The notes under the pieces were generated by a model, which worked only from the letters and a program-made list of their open reading frames with translations, did not search any database and had not been told where the DNA came from. From Phoronis australis (lineage: Eukaryota; Animalia; Phoronida), in assembly GCA_002633005.1 (NCBI GenBank), contig NMRA01000945.1, positions 24,678-88,677 of the forward strand: 64,000 nucleotides of DNA, written 5' to 3'. A program made the translations under genes and the position numbers. Each line of letters starts with the position of its first letter. The first letter of the stretch is position 1. Below, one piece after another: positions 26,719 through 40,451 of the stretch.

Positions 26719-29251
26719 TTAATCATCGCTAAAACATATTAATGTTGTGAATGTGCCTCGAGTCCAGCTAAGGTCAAGGTGGGGTCAGCTGTTAAGTAGG
26801 TCAACAGTTCGTTATGATACACACCGCATGCCAGGGAGACTGATTGAAACCAAGTACAAAATGGACAACAAAAATCGAGACGGTGGATAAAGCACGCCGT
26901 GAGCATGAGATCGAAGCAACGAAATGTCAAATTGCGCGACCAAATAAATGAATTTGGGTGAGGATTTATCTCTTTTCACAATTTTCTGTGTTCAAGAACA
27001 GAAATTCACAGAGACCGTGCGGCGATTCACAGATCCGTTGTATTCGTTCTTAACAGTCATATGCATGCAGACGCACAAATCCCACAGGATCTACATTTTC
27101 CACGGCATCATTCTATCCTAAGTACGCCTCATTGACTCAATATTTTGGCAACTTGGTGAGTGAGAGGTACATATGGAACTGATCTATGCCTGGCAATTTC
27201 ATTTCAATTTCACAAAGAACGATATACATGTCTGATAGCATACAGGTAATTTGTACCTGTTGTGATGAGAGACGAATGAACTGAGACTAAGAATAAGGTA
27301 TGGTCCAGCACTAAAAATTACAATTTTGCATGTTCGTAATTTGTCATAGTAAGCAAACAGCAAAATGAGAAGTGAATGACCAACAAAAATGATCAATTGG
27401 AATTAACGAGCTTTTTATTTTAGTAGGATCCATCTGTACATGATTAATCTACCATCAGGTTGTATGCCTGACACACATCTCATGCTGTCTATTTATGAGA
27501 CTTCTGATCAGTTCTGACACAGGCTTGGTAATGGCATTCCACTCCTAAACAAGAATGCANAAAGTGACCAAATGACAAAAAGCGGCGTGCTTGCCCCAAC
27601 TCACACACAAAAAATGCCACAAAATCAAGATCATAATGATTTTGTACATATATTTGGTATGGATACGTAGAATATTGCGTAAGGAAATAGTTGATGATGA
27701 TCCCTGTGCAATTTGAAAAAAAATTCGAGGTAAAATTGGATTTGTTGAAAATTAAAAAATGCGATTTTTTAAAAAATCGAACTACAAAAAAAACATTTTT
27801 TTTCGATTTTTGTCACTTTCAGAGTCATGTCTAACTAGTTAAAACTCCATTTTTACTCATTTTAGTTAGGAACCTGGAGATTTGATCAGTGTATACACCT
27901 ACCTTAAGTCTGGTTGACATGCTAACCAACCCAATCCGTTGACATTTTGTACCTCCTCTTGGGGCCATTTAACACTGCTGTCACTTGTCTTGATTTACTG
28001 GAGTTGAAACAATTAACCAATCTCTACCATCTGCAGGCTGGACTTTCATGGACAGGTTCATGGACATAGGGTTGTTACTAGAAACTAAAATGGGTCGAGT
28101 TGTCGACTCTGCTTGAAAAGCAACTGGTGTCACCACTTACTTTTGCATCAAGTTCGACAAAATTCATCAAGTCCATATCAGAAATAGATGAAGGAATTTC
28201 TTGTTGAAAACCAAAATTTCCAACAAGACATGCCACAGTAGTCAAATGGATTTGAACTCGACTGGTGCTGGTGCATCCCATACACATACTACGCATCAAG
28301 TGTAGGCAAAATTCGCCCAGTCTTTTCACAAAAAATTGGCAGATTAGAACTTAGTTAGTGAAAACTAAAATGACCTAAAGAGGGTGCTACCATAGTTGAA
28401 TACCTCCGAAGTCATCATGCCGGTGCATTCTCACCACTAGCATCAAATAATTGTCAAATAAATTGTTGTCTTTCCAAAAACCGATAAACAATGAAATTCT
28501 AGCACAAAGACAAAATACGGTCGAAAGGAGTGCACAAATTTACTAGTAAGTTCAATCTATCTGAAATTTGACTTGCGCTGACGCATCCTCGCCACGTAAC
28601 ATTGCGCCATGCATCATCATGTGGTCACAATTATTCATCAACGAATTTGGTAGAGACAGAAGCTGACATATACAAAACTAAAATTGTCACTAGGGCACAC
28701 AGGCACCAATTTCACGAAGATAAAGGAAGGGGTTTAGGAATTCCAACAGCAAAGGTAGGCCTCAAGCTAAATGAACAGAGAAGAAAGTTTTAAGATACTC
28801 AAACAATCCATTCAAGTCCTTGAGAGATACTAGAATGGAAGACGCTGTGTACAGTCTGGTCAGCTGGACAGTTGCACAGACACACGTTTGACACGCCACG
28901 TTTTACATGTTCGACACGTTTTTAGAGCGTTCCAATACTCCACGTTTTTAGATCGTGTCAAACATGTCAAATTCTCACCCGGGCAGTTACACAGACAGAG
29001 AAGTGGATGGTCACACTGACAGACGTGGACAGTGGATGGACAATCACACAGAGAGATAAATGGACAGTCACACAGACAGTGGACAGCCACTTCCTGGGTT
29101 CCCAACTTTTTGGGAACCTGAATAATGGGCAATACACCACTTCTCAAAATCCGGGGGGGCTTCTGTACTGACTAATAACAGCTGCACAAGAAAAAACTTC
29201 ATATCTTAAGTGTACAGATTTTATGAGAAGAAAATGGACCAAATAACTTAC

Positions 29252-29283
29252 CACTCAGAAGACAGCTGACCACCACCAGGCAT
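29252..29283 (-). CDS. BAIAP3: Candidate alternative first coding exon of BAIAP3-like gene (MPGGGQLSSE-C)
   Basis: gccATG at 29283, 32 nt to a TG|GTAAGT donor, phase 2, in frame with exon 22963-23050. No homology support. Confidence 0.4.
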
Positions 29284-31294
29284 GGCTCAGAATCACAAGA
29301 TCACAGATGGTAGTAGAATTGAATTGAAGATTTCATTAGAATACAACCTAAGGCATTAACAATAGTTAAATAGGCTGTTGTGATCTCTAAACCAATCATT
29401 TGTCAGGCCTTATGGTAATCCATGATGTACACAAACCAAAGAATCACAAGATATGAGGTGGTTCAAAAGCTATGGCCAACTGTTATGGATCAGTCCATTT
29501 ACTGTAGGTAAATCAAGCTCCTCTGTGGAGGAGTTGCTGGCTCCAACAGTTGTTTATGGAATTCCAAACCTTTCAGTTGTTTGTATGTATGGGTTTTACA
29601 TTTAGCCCATTACTCTAGGCCTACATGTATTAAATAACTATTAAGTTTATCTCAAACCTTATTTAGTGACCTCCATTCTAACTCAAAAATCAAAAAACAG
29701 GCTTTTTCAACCGTTAAAAATATAGATTTTCTGAAAGAAAAACATCAGAGGTGATAAAAATATATTTTATATTTACATGTCCTAATTACAGGCCCCTCAA
29801 TCCCTCGATTTTGGGGGCGCATATCGGCTCCAATCTCCATCTGAAAAATATTCAAAAATCACGCGACATTCCCCTCATGAAGCCCAAAAGTTCCCTCAGG
29901 TGATTGAAAAATTCCCCTTGAGGTTTGAATCACTTGTAACTCCCACAGGTGACAATTTGAAAGGGCTCAAAATGAGTTTTGGCTATTTCAGGCAGAGCCT
30001 ATGAGGGCTTGCAACAGGGTGGGGGCACTAATTGATGAGGACACAAAATTTTCCCCTTACCCCAAAAAAATTCCACTCTCAGAAAGCCCAGGCACCATTC
30101 CCCTTGGATGAATGAGGGCCCTGAAAGACACCAAGTAAGAAATGTAGAACAGAAATCATCGAGTATCTGTAGTTGAAGCGCACCGTGAGCACAAGATAGA
30201 AATAGCAAAATGTCAGATTACTGGAAAAATGAATGAACTTGGGTGAGGATTTATCATTCTTCACAACTTGTGATTGTGATATGGCCACAGAAGCCATGCA
30301 GCGACCGGTACATTCGTCATAACGTAAGCAACAGCCGTATGTAAGCAGACGAGCAACTCACTCATTTTCTGTGGCATCTTTCCAGGCTATGTACACCTCG
30401 TTAACTCAGTCTTATGGTGACTTGGTGAATGAAAGGACTATGAATTGTGGGAAGTACAGCTCTGTAGCCTTTGACCTTGGATACGAAGTAAACAATTTCC
30501 ACATGGCTGAAGGTGGTTTTGCTAAACCTTTGTTCTCGCTGCACCATATATATTTCATGTTTGAAATTCCCAAGAACATCAGTTAAGGTACACATATGAT
30601 ACACATATGTGAAATCTTGAATTGTAAAAATGGCTATTTTTTGTGATTAAGGTTTGACATATCCTTAGTTCGTTTTGTATTAGATGCGTGTAACGTGTCG
30701 CTTGTCTAGTTTATGACAGTTTGCAACAATCCGGTTCAAAACTTTTAACTTTGTCAGACAGATTCTGATGTTCTACCAGCTGAACTATTCATTGTTCTTT
30801 GTATATCCATGGCCCAAATCAGACACTTACTTCAAAATCTAATAACACCGTCAAATCAAAGGAAGTGATCTCTTGTCTAGTAATGTTACATCCATGCTGG
30901 TGCAAAAAATGGTCTCAGATAAAACGAGATTTCGCAAGAGAATACAAGAAAGCTGCCAGCCGCCAACACTGTTGTGTACTTAATTCTGTGCTTTATGCAT
31001 TGTTCTATAAAATATTGATAAAAAAATTTAAATGTTCTTGCTTTGCATGAGGGGCTACCAAAAATAGGATTTTATGATTTTTGAGAAAAAAAACCCGAAA
31101 GTCTCATCAAAAGAAAATTAAAAAATATTTGCGTTTTTCAGATTCATTTTTTACATAAATATCAAAAGATAGTTGGCCGTGTTACATTGTTTTGCTATGA
31201 ATGCAGCTTCTTTTGTGCTACATTTTACTAAAGACATGGTCACGTGACCATTTAATGATAGAGAGGCAGACGTCAAAAACATACTAAAAAAATT

Positions 31295-31562
31295 TAAAGT
31301 GGCCACCTGATAACGCAGAATAGGTCAAATCCATCCAAAAATGAGAAACCTATATGCCAAATTTCATGAAAATCTATCAGGGAACTCCAAAGAACAGGGG
31401 CAAAGGTAAAAATATGAAATTTCCACTAGGGGACAGAGCAGTAGTTGGATTGGTCTGAAACTCATCGTTGTCTGTCGTCAGATTCATAAGAACACACCAG
31501 CCAATTTAATCAAGATCCCGTAAAGGTCTTAGCAGATGCCCGGACAGAAATGACGGCAAAAA
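31295..31562 (+). mobile_element. 3' fragment of the same HINE-like family
   Basis: tatatgccaaatttcatgaaaatc...ttccactagggg...gatgcccggacagaaatgacggcaa matches 6570-6880. Confidence 0.65.
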
Positions 31563-33402
31563 ATACAATTGTACAGGTTAGCTACTTTCAGAAAATATAT
31601 ACTTGTTCAAATGTGTTTGTTGATAAATACTACCTGTTGCTGATAAATATAATTTGCGTGACACGTAGGAGTTCTCATTCAAAGAGTTCCCAATTTGATG
31701 AGACAGTGAAAGCTTTACGGAAATAGTTACATAAAACAGTTGTTTTATACCTGTGCCAACACTAGCTATCAGCGTGAGTACACAGTTATCAGCTGAAGTA
31801 GGTTTAAAATACATTGATGCAGTGAACTGAGCACCACTGTTACGACTCTCAACCAGAATATCAAGAAAAGGAATTTTATCAATGACTGAAAAGACTCTTG
31901 ATTTTCCACAGCCAGCCTTTATTACTGGTAAGATATGTCAACCATTTGACGGCTAGCCAACCAGAGCATTTATCTGTTAAGGCCATTAAAACAAATGGAA
32001 CATCCTGTTCAAACTAAACTTGTCTAAAAGAAAATTTGCTGCCAAGATACTCTGAGTTCTCTATAGGTGAATGTGCACCTTAAATGAAAAAAATGTTATT
32101 GACAGTTTTTCTACAAACATGTCGTTTGTGGTTTTCTCCAAAGAACAATAACAATGATTTGTGAAATTTATAACATCCAAATAAACACATACATCAGTCT
32201 ATTACTGGTGAATCATCAGAATACCAATAACTCAGAAGGCTTAAAGAAGTACCAGGATTGTGTGTCTCTAGGTGAAAAGCTTATAATTTAGCAATCAATT
32301 CCACCAGGCATTTCCCACATGGCTTATTTTTTTATTTTTATTTTTTTGAGAAGTGCCAGCACAGAGACTAAGAGCTGTCACGATGAGACATGACAAGACA
32401 CACATACAGCATAGAGAAATGCATGCACAAAATCAATAAATGTATAGCAAATAGAAGTATGATAATGAAGCATTTGTTATTGAGAAAATGTGACCATAAT
32501 CAACTGCTCAGTTTAAGAAGCCAATATGTGGTGCACTCTTTAGGGAACCAGGGCATTTACATTAATTTTGTATGCCCTGCCACCTATTGGCAAATAGAAA
32601 ATACATCGACAGGTAGTTTTTCATGCCTTGATATGAAAGAGTCCCGATGGGGGCTTTATCATTGAGGGCTCTTTCAGAAATTTAGGAAGTCTGTAAATAC
32701 ATGGTGTTCTCATCACTTCTCTGTAATTACCAAAACAAACGACAACTGATGAGCTTTCTAATAAAGCCCCCTTCTCACTGTGGAGGAGTCAAAGTTTAGG
32801 GGAGCTTGACACTCAAAAAGTCTAATTCAAAAGCCAGTCACAAAATATTTATTGGTATTTTGTTTACATATCAAACATTCCGTTACAATTAATATATCCT
32901 TAATTTATCATCCAAAAGTGCACTTGATTATTCATATGGTGATTCTTACTTATTGAGCACAAAATATGGCCAACAAGTGAAATTCTAAATTTCTCCACAG
33001 AACTAAAGATTAGAAATAACATTTTATTCTATTAAGACCATAATTTTCAGTGTGTAGATGCCATAAAACAACATCTCCTAAAATTTCCATTATTTGCAAA
33101 AAACAAGAAAGTTATCAGCCACTGAAAAATGTCAAAAAGCTAAAATAAATTAGTAATCAAACAATCATAGATAAACATTCGTCACTTCGTTTCAACCTTT
33201 CGATCCCATTGTCAACCCCTCTCAACAATGAAGGTGCTGACATTGTGGGATTTACTCCTCTGATTTTAAATTAATGAACCATATGTAACAGTGAAATACT
33301 GTCCACCAAATCTGAGCTGGGATGAATTAGAAATAGCTTTCTCGCTTTCATTACTCTAGCAAGCGCCAATATGAAAAAACTCCTATTCTCCAATGTCACC
33401 TG

Positions 33403-33803
33403 GGCCCGGTCTCCAATCTTTTTACTCGAAATGGAACTCGAAATTAGGTTTGGCATTTTCTACTCTACTTTTGGGCGAACTCAAGATATGTGTCTATTAT
33501 TCTATGCTCAAGTACACATTAACTTATGTAGATAATTTATTGCCCTTAGTTCACAGTTTGTAAACCCAATATTAAAGCAATAAGTTCGAGTTTGAACTCG
33601 AAATTTCGAGTTTTTACTCAAGTTTGTAGCAAGAATATAAGGGTCTTCAACGGCAAACTTGAACTAGAAACTCCTATGCATAACCTATAATGTATTCGAG
33701 CACAGTCTGATAACCAATTATCTTAAGTTCGCACAAAAGGAGCAGAGAAATTGCCAAAAATAGTTTCGAGTTCATTTCGAGTACAAAGATTAGAGACCGG
33801 GCC
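33403..33803. mobile_element. PIF/Harbinger-like MITE
   Basis: ~45-bp TIRs (ggcccggtctccaatctttttactcgaaatg / catttcgagtacaaagattagagaccgggcc), 3-bp CTG TSD at 33400-33402 and 33804-33806, internal aactcgaa repeats. Confidence 0.8.
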
Positions 33804-34594
33804 CTGGTGAGCCCAACCAGGTTTTATCCCGGCACATTCCATTCTCACTAGTGGGCTGGTCATCAAAGGAGTGACTCTATTCACTAGAGTCCCATCCACA
33901 CACAGCCTACTCCAGAGCAACATGCACTAGTGCAACGTACCTCAGTTTTAATTTTAGCATCCATACACAGCTTCTGAAAATTACAGACCCGAGTGCCAAG
34001 TTAACTTTTAAAGTTACTGGCCTGGCCACAAATCCACTGGCCCCGGGACACTGGGCCAGTGTCTATTTCGATCACTGTACACACTGTGCTAATGCAAAAA
34101 AGACCCATCTTCATGTAAGTGCAGCTGATAATTACTTCCGCCTTGGCCCAGGTATGCAGCCACACATGAATTAAAAGTGGCGCAAGTTACCCTAGAACAA
34201 GTTGCCCTACCTCAATAAGGTGGAGTAAGTTGTCACATTGAGGGGTAGGTTGCAGTAGTATATCATCCACACAGTTGCCAAACCTAGCGACAACTTGTTC
34301 CAGGAGTAACTTGTTCAGAGTAAGTCTGTGTGTGGATGGCACTTAGGTCAGTAGCCAGGATAATTATTGCTTCTTATCAGATCATAACTTGAAAGCATGT
34401 AGGTTGTACTTTTTCTCTTTTTGGGACATGAAAACCAATGGAAACCATCAAATCTGAACAGAGGAGTAAACATAAGACTACGTGGGTTTTTAAATTTTCA
34501 AAACTGGTCAAATAATAGCAATTTTGTCAACAAAAACCCAAGTCTTGAGCTAATTATTGGAAAGTACTTTCCCAACATGGCTTAACAACTAATT

Positions 34595-35075
34595 ATACTG
34601 CATAACATATAGCTCAGTTTTGCCTTGGTGCAAAGCAGTAAATTTCATGTTAGTCTTACAGCAAGCTGGCTGGCTATAGCACAGTACAGCTTGGTACAGC
34701 TTGGTACAAAGTTGTATTTTATTTTGACTTTAGTGGCTGGTTATAATATAGTACAGCTCATTACAGCTTGATACAAAGTTGTATATTTTATTCTGACTTA
34801 TAATTAGTCTTCATATGCAGCTACCTGGCTGGCTATAAGTACAGTACAGCTCAGTATAACACAGTGCAAAGATGAATATTTTATTTTGGCATTAGTCTTC
34901 ATACATCTAGCTTGCTGACTATAATGGTAATACAACTGGGTGTAGAGTCATAAGTTTTATTTTCACGTAAGTCTTTATACAGATAGTTGGCTACATATAG
35001 AATAGTATAGCTCATAATAGCCTTAATGCAAAGTTGCATAGTCTTTATACAGCTAGCTGACTTTGACTCTATGGC
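34595..35075. repeat. Degenerate tandem repeat, ~60-80 bp unit (tagtctt...gctggctata..acagtacagct...caaagttgtatttt)
   Basis: About six diverged units visible. Confidence 0.75.
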
Positions 35076-35099
35076 TATATTCGCAAGTGAGCAGGTCTA

Positions 35100-35610
35100 A
35101 AGTATTGTCGGTGGTGTAGATTTATAGTACCACTGCTGTGCTTGAACTTGGAATCCAGCTTAATTTCAAGATCCCGTATGCATGAACTTGGAATTAAATA
35201 TTTATTATTTAAGCAATTCGGTGAAATTTTTTGTTCAGTGCGACAAAAGAACTTGTAAATTACTCGGCAGTAACTCAATGTTCTCCTTTAGTACCAGAAC
35301 TTAGTCACTGTTACAGAATTGAAGGAATATGTGAATGGTTAATTACTTATTGTTTGGTGAATAAGATTGCCAACAGATGAAAAAGCCAACAAACATCATG
35401 ATAAAGGTAATTGGCTAAGGGTTTTGAATATTACTTCAATGACATTTAATTTGCTTTAGTGCAACTTGCAAAATTTTAGGAACGTGATTAAAATTTTAGT
35501 CAGAACTTGCCAGTTTCCTCTTGTATACGAGATATCTTGAGATTAAGTAGGATTCCAAATTCACGCACTGCACCTGCGGTCTCAAATCTACTGACTACTG
35601 GGCCAGCTGC
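35100..35610. mobile_element. Foldback/MITE-like inverted repeat in intron 1 of the BAIAP3-like gene
   Basis: 35115-35195 (gtagattt...gaacttggaatccagcttaatttcaagat) is an imperfect reverse complement of 35520-35595. Confidence 0.6.
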
Positions 35611-35921
35611 TGAGACAGTGTGGTTCCGCCTACGTCCTAAATCGATACTGGGCGATCCCCGGGCCGGGTTTCAGTATGGCTATGTCATAGGCGGCACAAG
35701 TATCCAACCCGTGTCGCCATGGTTAGTGGCCTTTGCCACTTTGTCTGTGGCTTTGCTTGGGGCCGGGCAGGTACTATGATTGACTCAGGACTTTCTCGTC
35801 GTGGCCAGACTGTTGAGTGTTCTCTGTAGCCTGCCACTCAATAACTATAAGCCACGTACGGGGTGCAAAACAACCAATCAAATTACTGTTTCCGGGGAAA
35901 GATAGAAAAAACGTCACTCAC

Positions 35922-36052
35922 CGTTCATTTGCATATTGGGAGGGGAGTTGATAAACACCATTCGGTTCGCTGTCTGAGAAGGTCCTAATTTTACGCGAGC
36001 TCTTCTTTGGAGAAGGACGAACAAGTTGAGTAACGTTCCACGCGGACGCCAT
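35922..36052 (-). CDS. BAIAP3: BAIAP3/Munc13-4-like gene, probable first coding exon (MASAWNVTQLVRPSPKKSSRKIRTFSDSEPNGVYQLPSQYANER)
   Basis: ATG at 36052 (gagATGG), open frame of 131 nt ending at a CG|GTGAGT donor in phase 2, which matches the next exon (22963-23050). It lies at the onset of CpG-rich sequence. The peptide is not recognisably conserved. Confidence 0.7.
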
Positions 36053-39000
36053 CTCGTGTTGGCAACACCAATCACCTTGCACTGTTCACGCCGGGGCGCT
36101 GGAAGTCTTCGTCACGCTTCACGAGCGATCAATGGTTTCTGTAAAATTTCACAAAAACAAATTGTACGGGTGTCTGGCTATGCCGGGTTTTGTCAGACGC
36201 TCAGATTTACCTGCTTGAATGTTGAGTTAGGTCAGATTTGATTAGCTGTTGCTTTTTGGTTCATCGTTTCGGCGACCATCAAGCCGGCTGACTCGGGCTA
36301 AATGAAAGCCGGACTATTCTATAGATGTTAAAAGTCAATAACTTTGGAAGGATTTGTTGGCTTCCAGTATTTAGGGAATATTGTATTTATGGTAAATTAA
36401 GTTATGTCATTTTTTCTTTACGGTTTTTCACGGGTCTCAAAAGTAAGAGTTGATTTCCACCCTCGAAGTTTTTTGGTTCCGGCTCTCACTGATATCAGGA
36501 TCAGGCAAAAGCGATTCTTGATGCCTTACTTACCGAAAGTTTATCAAATCCTAGCTCAAGAAACCAAATTTAAAGTCCAAATCACTAAAGCCTGAAATCG
36601 TTCTAAGTCAGGCCGCTGTCAAATGATCGAGTTGGTGACTCCTGGTAGTTTTGATGGTCCTAGGTGACTCGGAGATTTTGTTGTTTCATATCAACTTCAG
36701 TTGTCCGGTTTGTCTGACAAGCTAACTGAAGGTTTGTATATCGACGCTAATTCCCCTTATAGGCACTCCCTATATATGAGAGTCGAACGGAGGAATTTGT
36801 TTTCCTGTTTTCGTAAGAGTGTCCCGAGAACTAACTTTGCATGTCGTGCTTAGCTGGCCATGAAAAAGGGAGCGAATAATCGACTGAAGCCAGCCTTAAC
36901 CATCTCCGAGCATAAAACCTTTGTCTTATTATTCCTTTCCGTGATAGGATTCTATTTCCGTGCAAACTCCAGTCACAGAAACGCGCTCATCACTTCGTAA
37001 AATGCGACAGGCTTGTCCCGGCAACGTTCGTGTCGCGTTACTACGGCTTATAGCTATGAACCTCCGAAATCAGTACACCGGGAAGGAAATCGATCTCGAT
37101 GCTGTTGGAGACAGCAATAAACCCGCAAATTTTGAAAACGAGTTAGAAACAGTTGTAGACTACTTTACAAAAACTATAGTGTTACAGTGATCAACCAAGC
37201 TGCAGAGAATGACCATGACGATAAACACACCGAACTGTACGCTAGCAGTGGAAGAATGCAGTAAACTCGGCAACTTATTAAAACTTACTCCCGTTTAGTC
37301 CGTATTCCAGACGACACCGGCGGTTTTCAGAGGCCTAATGTCAATCTTTCTTTTGTTAATCGCCAGGCTCGTTCTTTTGTCTGATGTTACGAGGTAAACG
37401 TCAATTATCTACGACGCTGAATGAATGCAATAATAGGCTATAAACACGCATCGACTCAAAACTATTGTCAAAAAATAAAAACCCTGGGCGGTGAGGGCTC
37501 GGCTTTTAGTTAGTAGAAAATACCATTAGTCAAAGAGGATCTCATAGTAGAGATGAAATGGTAGAAAAAGATAACATCTGTCAGTAAGGAAAGATACATA
37601 GGCAAAAGATTCTGGGGGACTGTTTCGTGAAACCAGGCACTGATCTCTGTGCGAATGCGAGGTTTGTATGAGTCGCCAATGGTATTTTTCCTATCTTTGT
37701 TGGGGTACAATCATAACTGCGTGATACCACAATAGTGTTATTTCTTTAGTGTAATGTGGATTATGGTTATACTCTAATAAACATTAAATACGTAAAAAAT
37801 CACGAAGAATTCAATTTCAGAAGCCAAATACGTTAAATAATTACCGGTTTATGTTCTTGACATTTCAATTATTTATTTAAGCCAGTGTGTTATTTGCCCT
37901 GAATACAGTGCTAATTCGATAATAGCTCTGTACCAAAGAAACTGTATACCAACTTGGGTAACTATAATATCTTTGTCCGTACCACACAATAAGAGCTTAG
38001 TCCATTGAACTTGTAAGATATCAAGGGCGGTCGGCGACACCAGATGATTTATAGAAGCATTGTCCAATTACAGCAACTACTGAATGGCATGGTTTCCGAA
38101 TGCACTCGGTCAAAATAATCAGCTTAGATTTGGTTCAACAGAAGTGCTTTCTAAAATAAATGACGCATCAAAGTCAACTTGTAAAGCCAAAATATTTTTC
38201 AGTGGATTATACAACACTCGCCTTCACGTGACGAAAGTGAAAATTTTACAAGACAAACAGTAACATCTACACAGGAGAAATGTGGCCTGTTTTTTTAAAA
38301 ACTGTTTAATTTTTAGTTGAGTGTACGTTCGATGTTACATGAGCAAAATCTTATTTTTTAAGTGAACCCTAATGTATTTTGAGAAATAGGTTTACATTAA
38401 AACAAACAATTGTTCGAAATTGTTCTGTGTTACGTAACATTTGAAGAAGTATGTTGAGTCAATTTATCGAACTTTTCATAATTGTGTGGTCATAATAATA
38501 TTGAAGTAAAGAAAACTGATAACAAGGAACAATTTACGGGACAAAAATGGAGGATTTGCGATCGTCAATTTGTTGTTCCAAATATGTATGTTAAACAACC
38601 TGCACGGACAAACAGTGAAACATTTTACACAGTAGGCAGGGATATCGCGGTAGATTTAGGCAACTGGTGCTTCCAGGCCAAGATGGGATATTAATATTTA
38701 ATCAATAAATGTTGCCATGACAACTATATTAAATTTATAAAGGCAAAACGTTAATTATGGCACTTCGGTTTCAATTGTTGTGCAGTGGTTGATGGTTTGC
38801 AGACTAACTTGGTAATATTTCGATATCAGAATTGGTGAAAGGTCATCAATCCGCGACATAATGTGCACCGTGGGAGAAATCCCATGACATGCCTGTAATT
38901 GACGTTTTACAAAATGTTTTAACACGAGGGTGAATTGTAGAAAGGATACACAGTAATTGATAGTGTGAGCAGTAAATATTTGTTCAGCAACAAAGGAACA

Positions 39001-39104
39001 AGTTGCAATATAATTGAAGTTTAACAATTGTTTGACGTAAAGAGAACGAGGGTGTAGGAAAATTTGATATAAAGAGAACGGCGGTACCATTCACGGCATT
39101 TAAT

Positions 39105-39580
39105 CATCAGTGGGCTCTGGCCCTGCTCTACTGGTAATTGTCCAAACGGAGCAGTATAAGGACAACCGAATTCTAGTGACAAGCATGTACCAGGAGCACC
39201 AAGGGTTCTGGCCCTGCTCTACTGGCAACTGTCCCGACGGGGCAGTAAAAGACAATCAAGGACTAGCATGACTGCTGTGGCCATTAAGCCGGCTTCATGC
39301 GAGTCAAACTGTCCCGTCGGGGCAGTCACTAAAGACAACCTTGAACAACATGAAAGCTGTTGCCATTAAGCCAGCTTCATACCCAAGAAGTCAGTGGCGC
39401 TGTTGCCATCCAGCCAGCGTCTCATCTCCACCAGAAGAAGAACATCAGCGCCTTAATTCCAAACAGGTCCAACCGCTCGATCCACGTCCACACCAAGTAC
39501 AGCAAGGACAGAAGGCGAGATCGCCCGATCTTGCGAAGCTGTCCAAGGGCTTCGCCCTCATCTACTCTACTACAACGTTG
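39105..39580 (+). repeat. Unclassified GC-rich interspersed repeat, copy 1, with internal duplications
   Basis: Clear homology to 43635-43925, including ccgctcgatccacgtccacaccaa, cagcaaggacagaaggcgagat and gccctcatctactctact. Confidence 0.8.
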
Positions 39581-40451
39581 CAGAAATCACGAAGCCCACA
39601 CCATTTCTCGCCATCCCGGCTCTAGACGCCTAAGCTATGCGCGTATGACCGGTTTGTCCACAGCTTTATACCAAAGAACGTTCAGCCCAGTAAAGAGTCA
39701 GTTATTCGCGTGCAGTACCCGGACTTTGTACCAGCTTAATTTGCCCAGTTTCACGCTACTTATGTCCCCGATTCTCTCTTCCCAGTGAGCGACTGGTCTC
39801 AGTCGCCGAGAAAAATATAAAATCACAAGCTACAGAAGTTTAAAGTATATGCATACTCCTATAATGGACATTGATTGCGTGTATTTGTCTCTAATATATA
39901 TTTTGCTTAACAAACGTAGTTGCAAATAGCCCGTAGTTTTCACTACTCATCCGCGTCCATATCAGGTTTGAAAGGCTGGGGGTCTTAGTCAGTACCGACT
40001 CCGTCAGTTAATACAGACGAAGGTTTTGGGATGGTGCCCCCTTCATTTGCGGTGATAGGCTAAAATCAAACAACTGTAAGATCGTTGCGTTAATGACCAA
40101 CAGAGACGTACTGAATTGTATGGTGGCAGCTTTAATTACAGCCACCGTCAGAGGGACTTAGTTGGCGGCGGGCTGCGCGCTGAGCCTGCCAGCCTCAAGT
40201 GAACGACAGTTGGGCTGACAACTCACGTCAAAGCGATCAGGCCTTGAGCTGTGAGCTTAATTATCTCTAACTTGAGGCTGACAGCTCGGCTCGCCGGTAG
40301 CTCCACAAGATCGCATCGATTTTTAGAACTATTGAACCCAAATTGCTTGTGATATCTGCAATGGTGACTTTGCCTAGCTGGCTACAGTGAAAACAGACAA
40401 TGTTGTTTTTTGTAGTGGAATAACTAATAATCTGTACAAAAGAGTAGTTTA

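Noticed and set aside
32746-32775. CTGATGA followed by a GCTTT/AAAGC stem, resembling a hammerhead ribozyme core
   Set aside because: The required GAAA after stem II is absent and stems I and III are not evident.
36960-37190. 76-aa ORF divergent from the BAIAP3 promoter
   Set aside because: Non-ATG start, no recognisable domain and no convincing splice sites.
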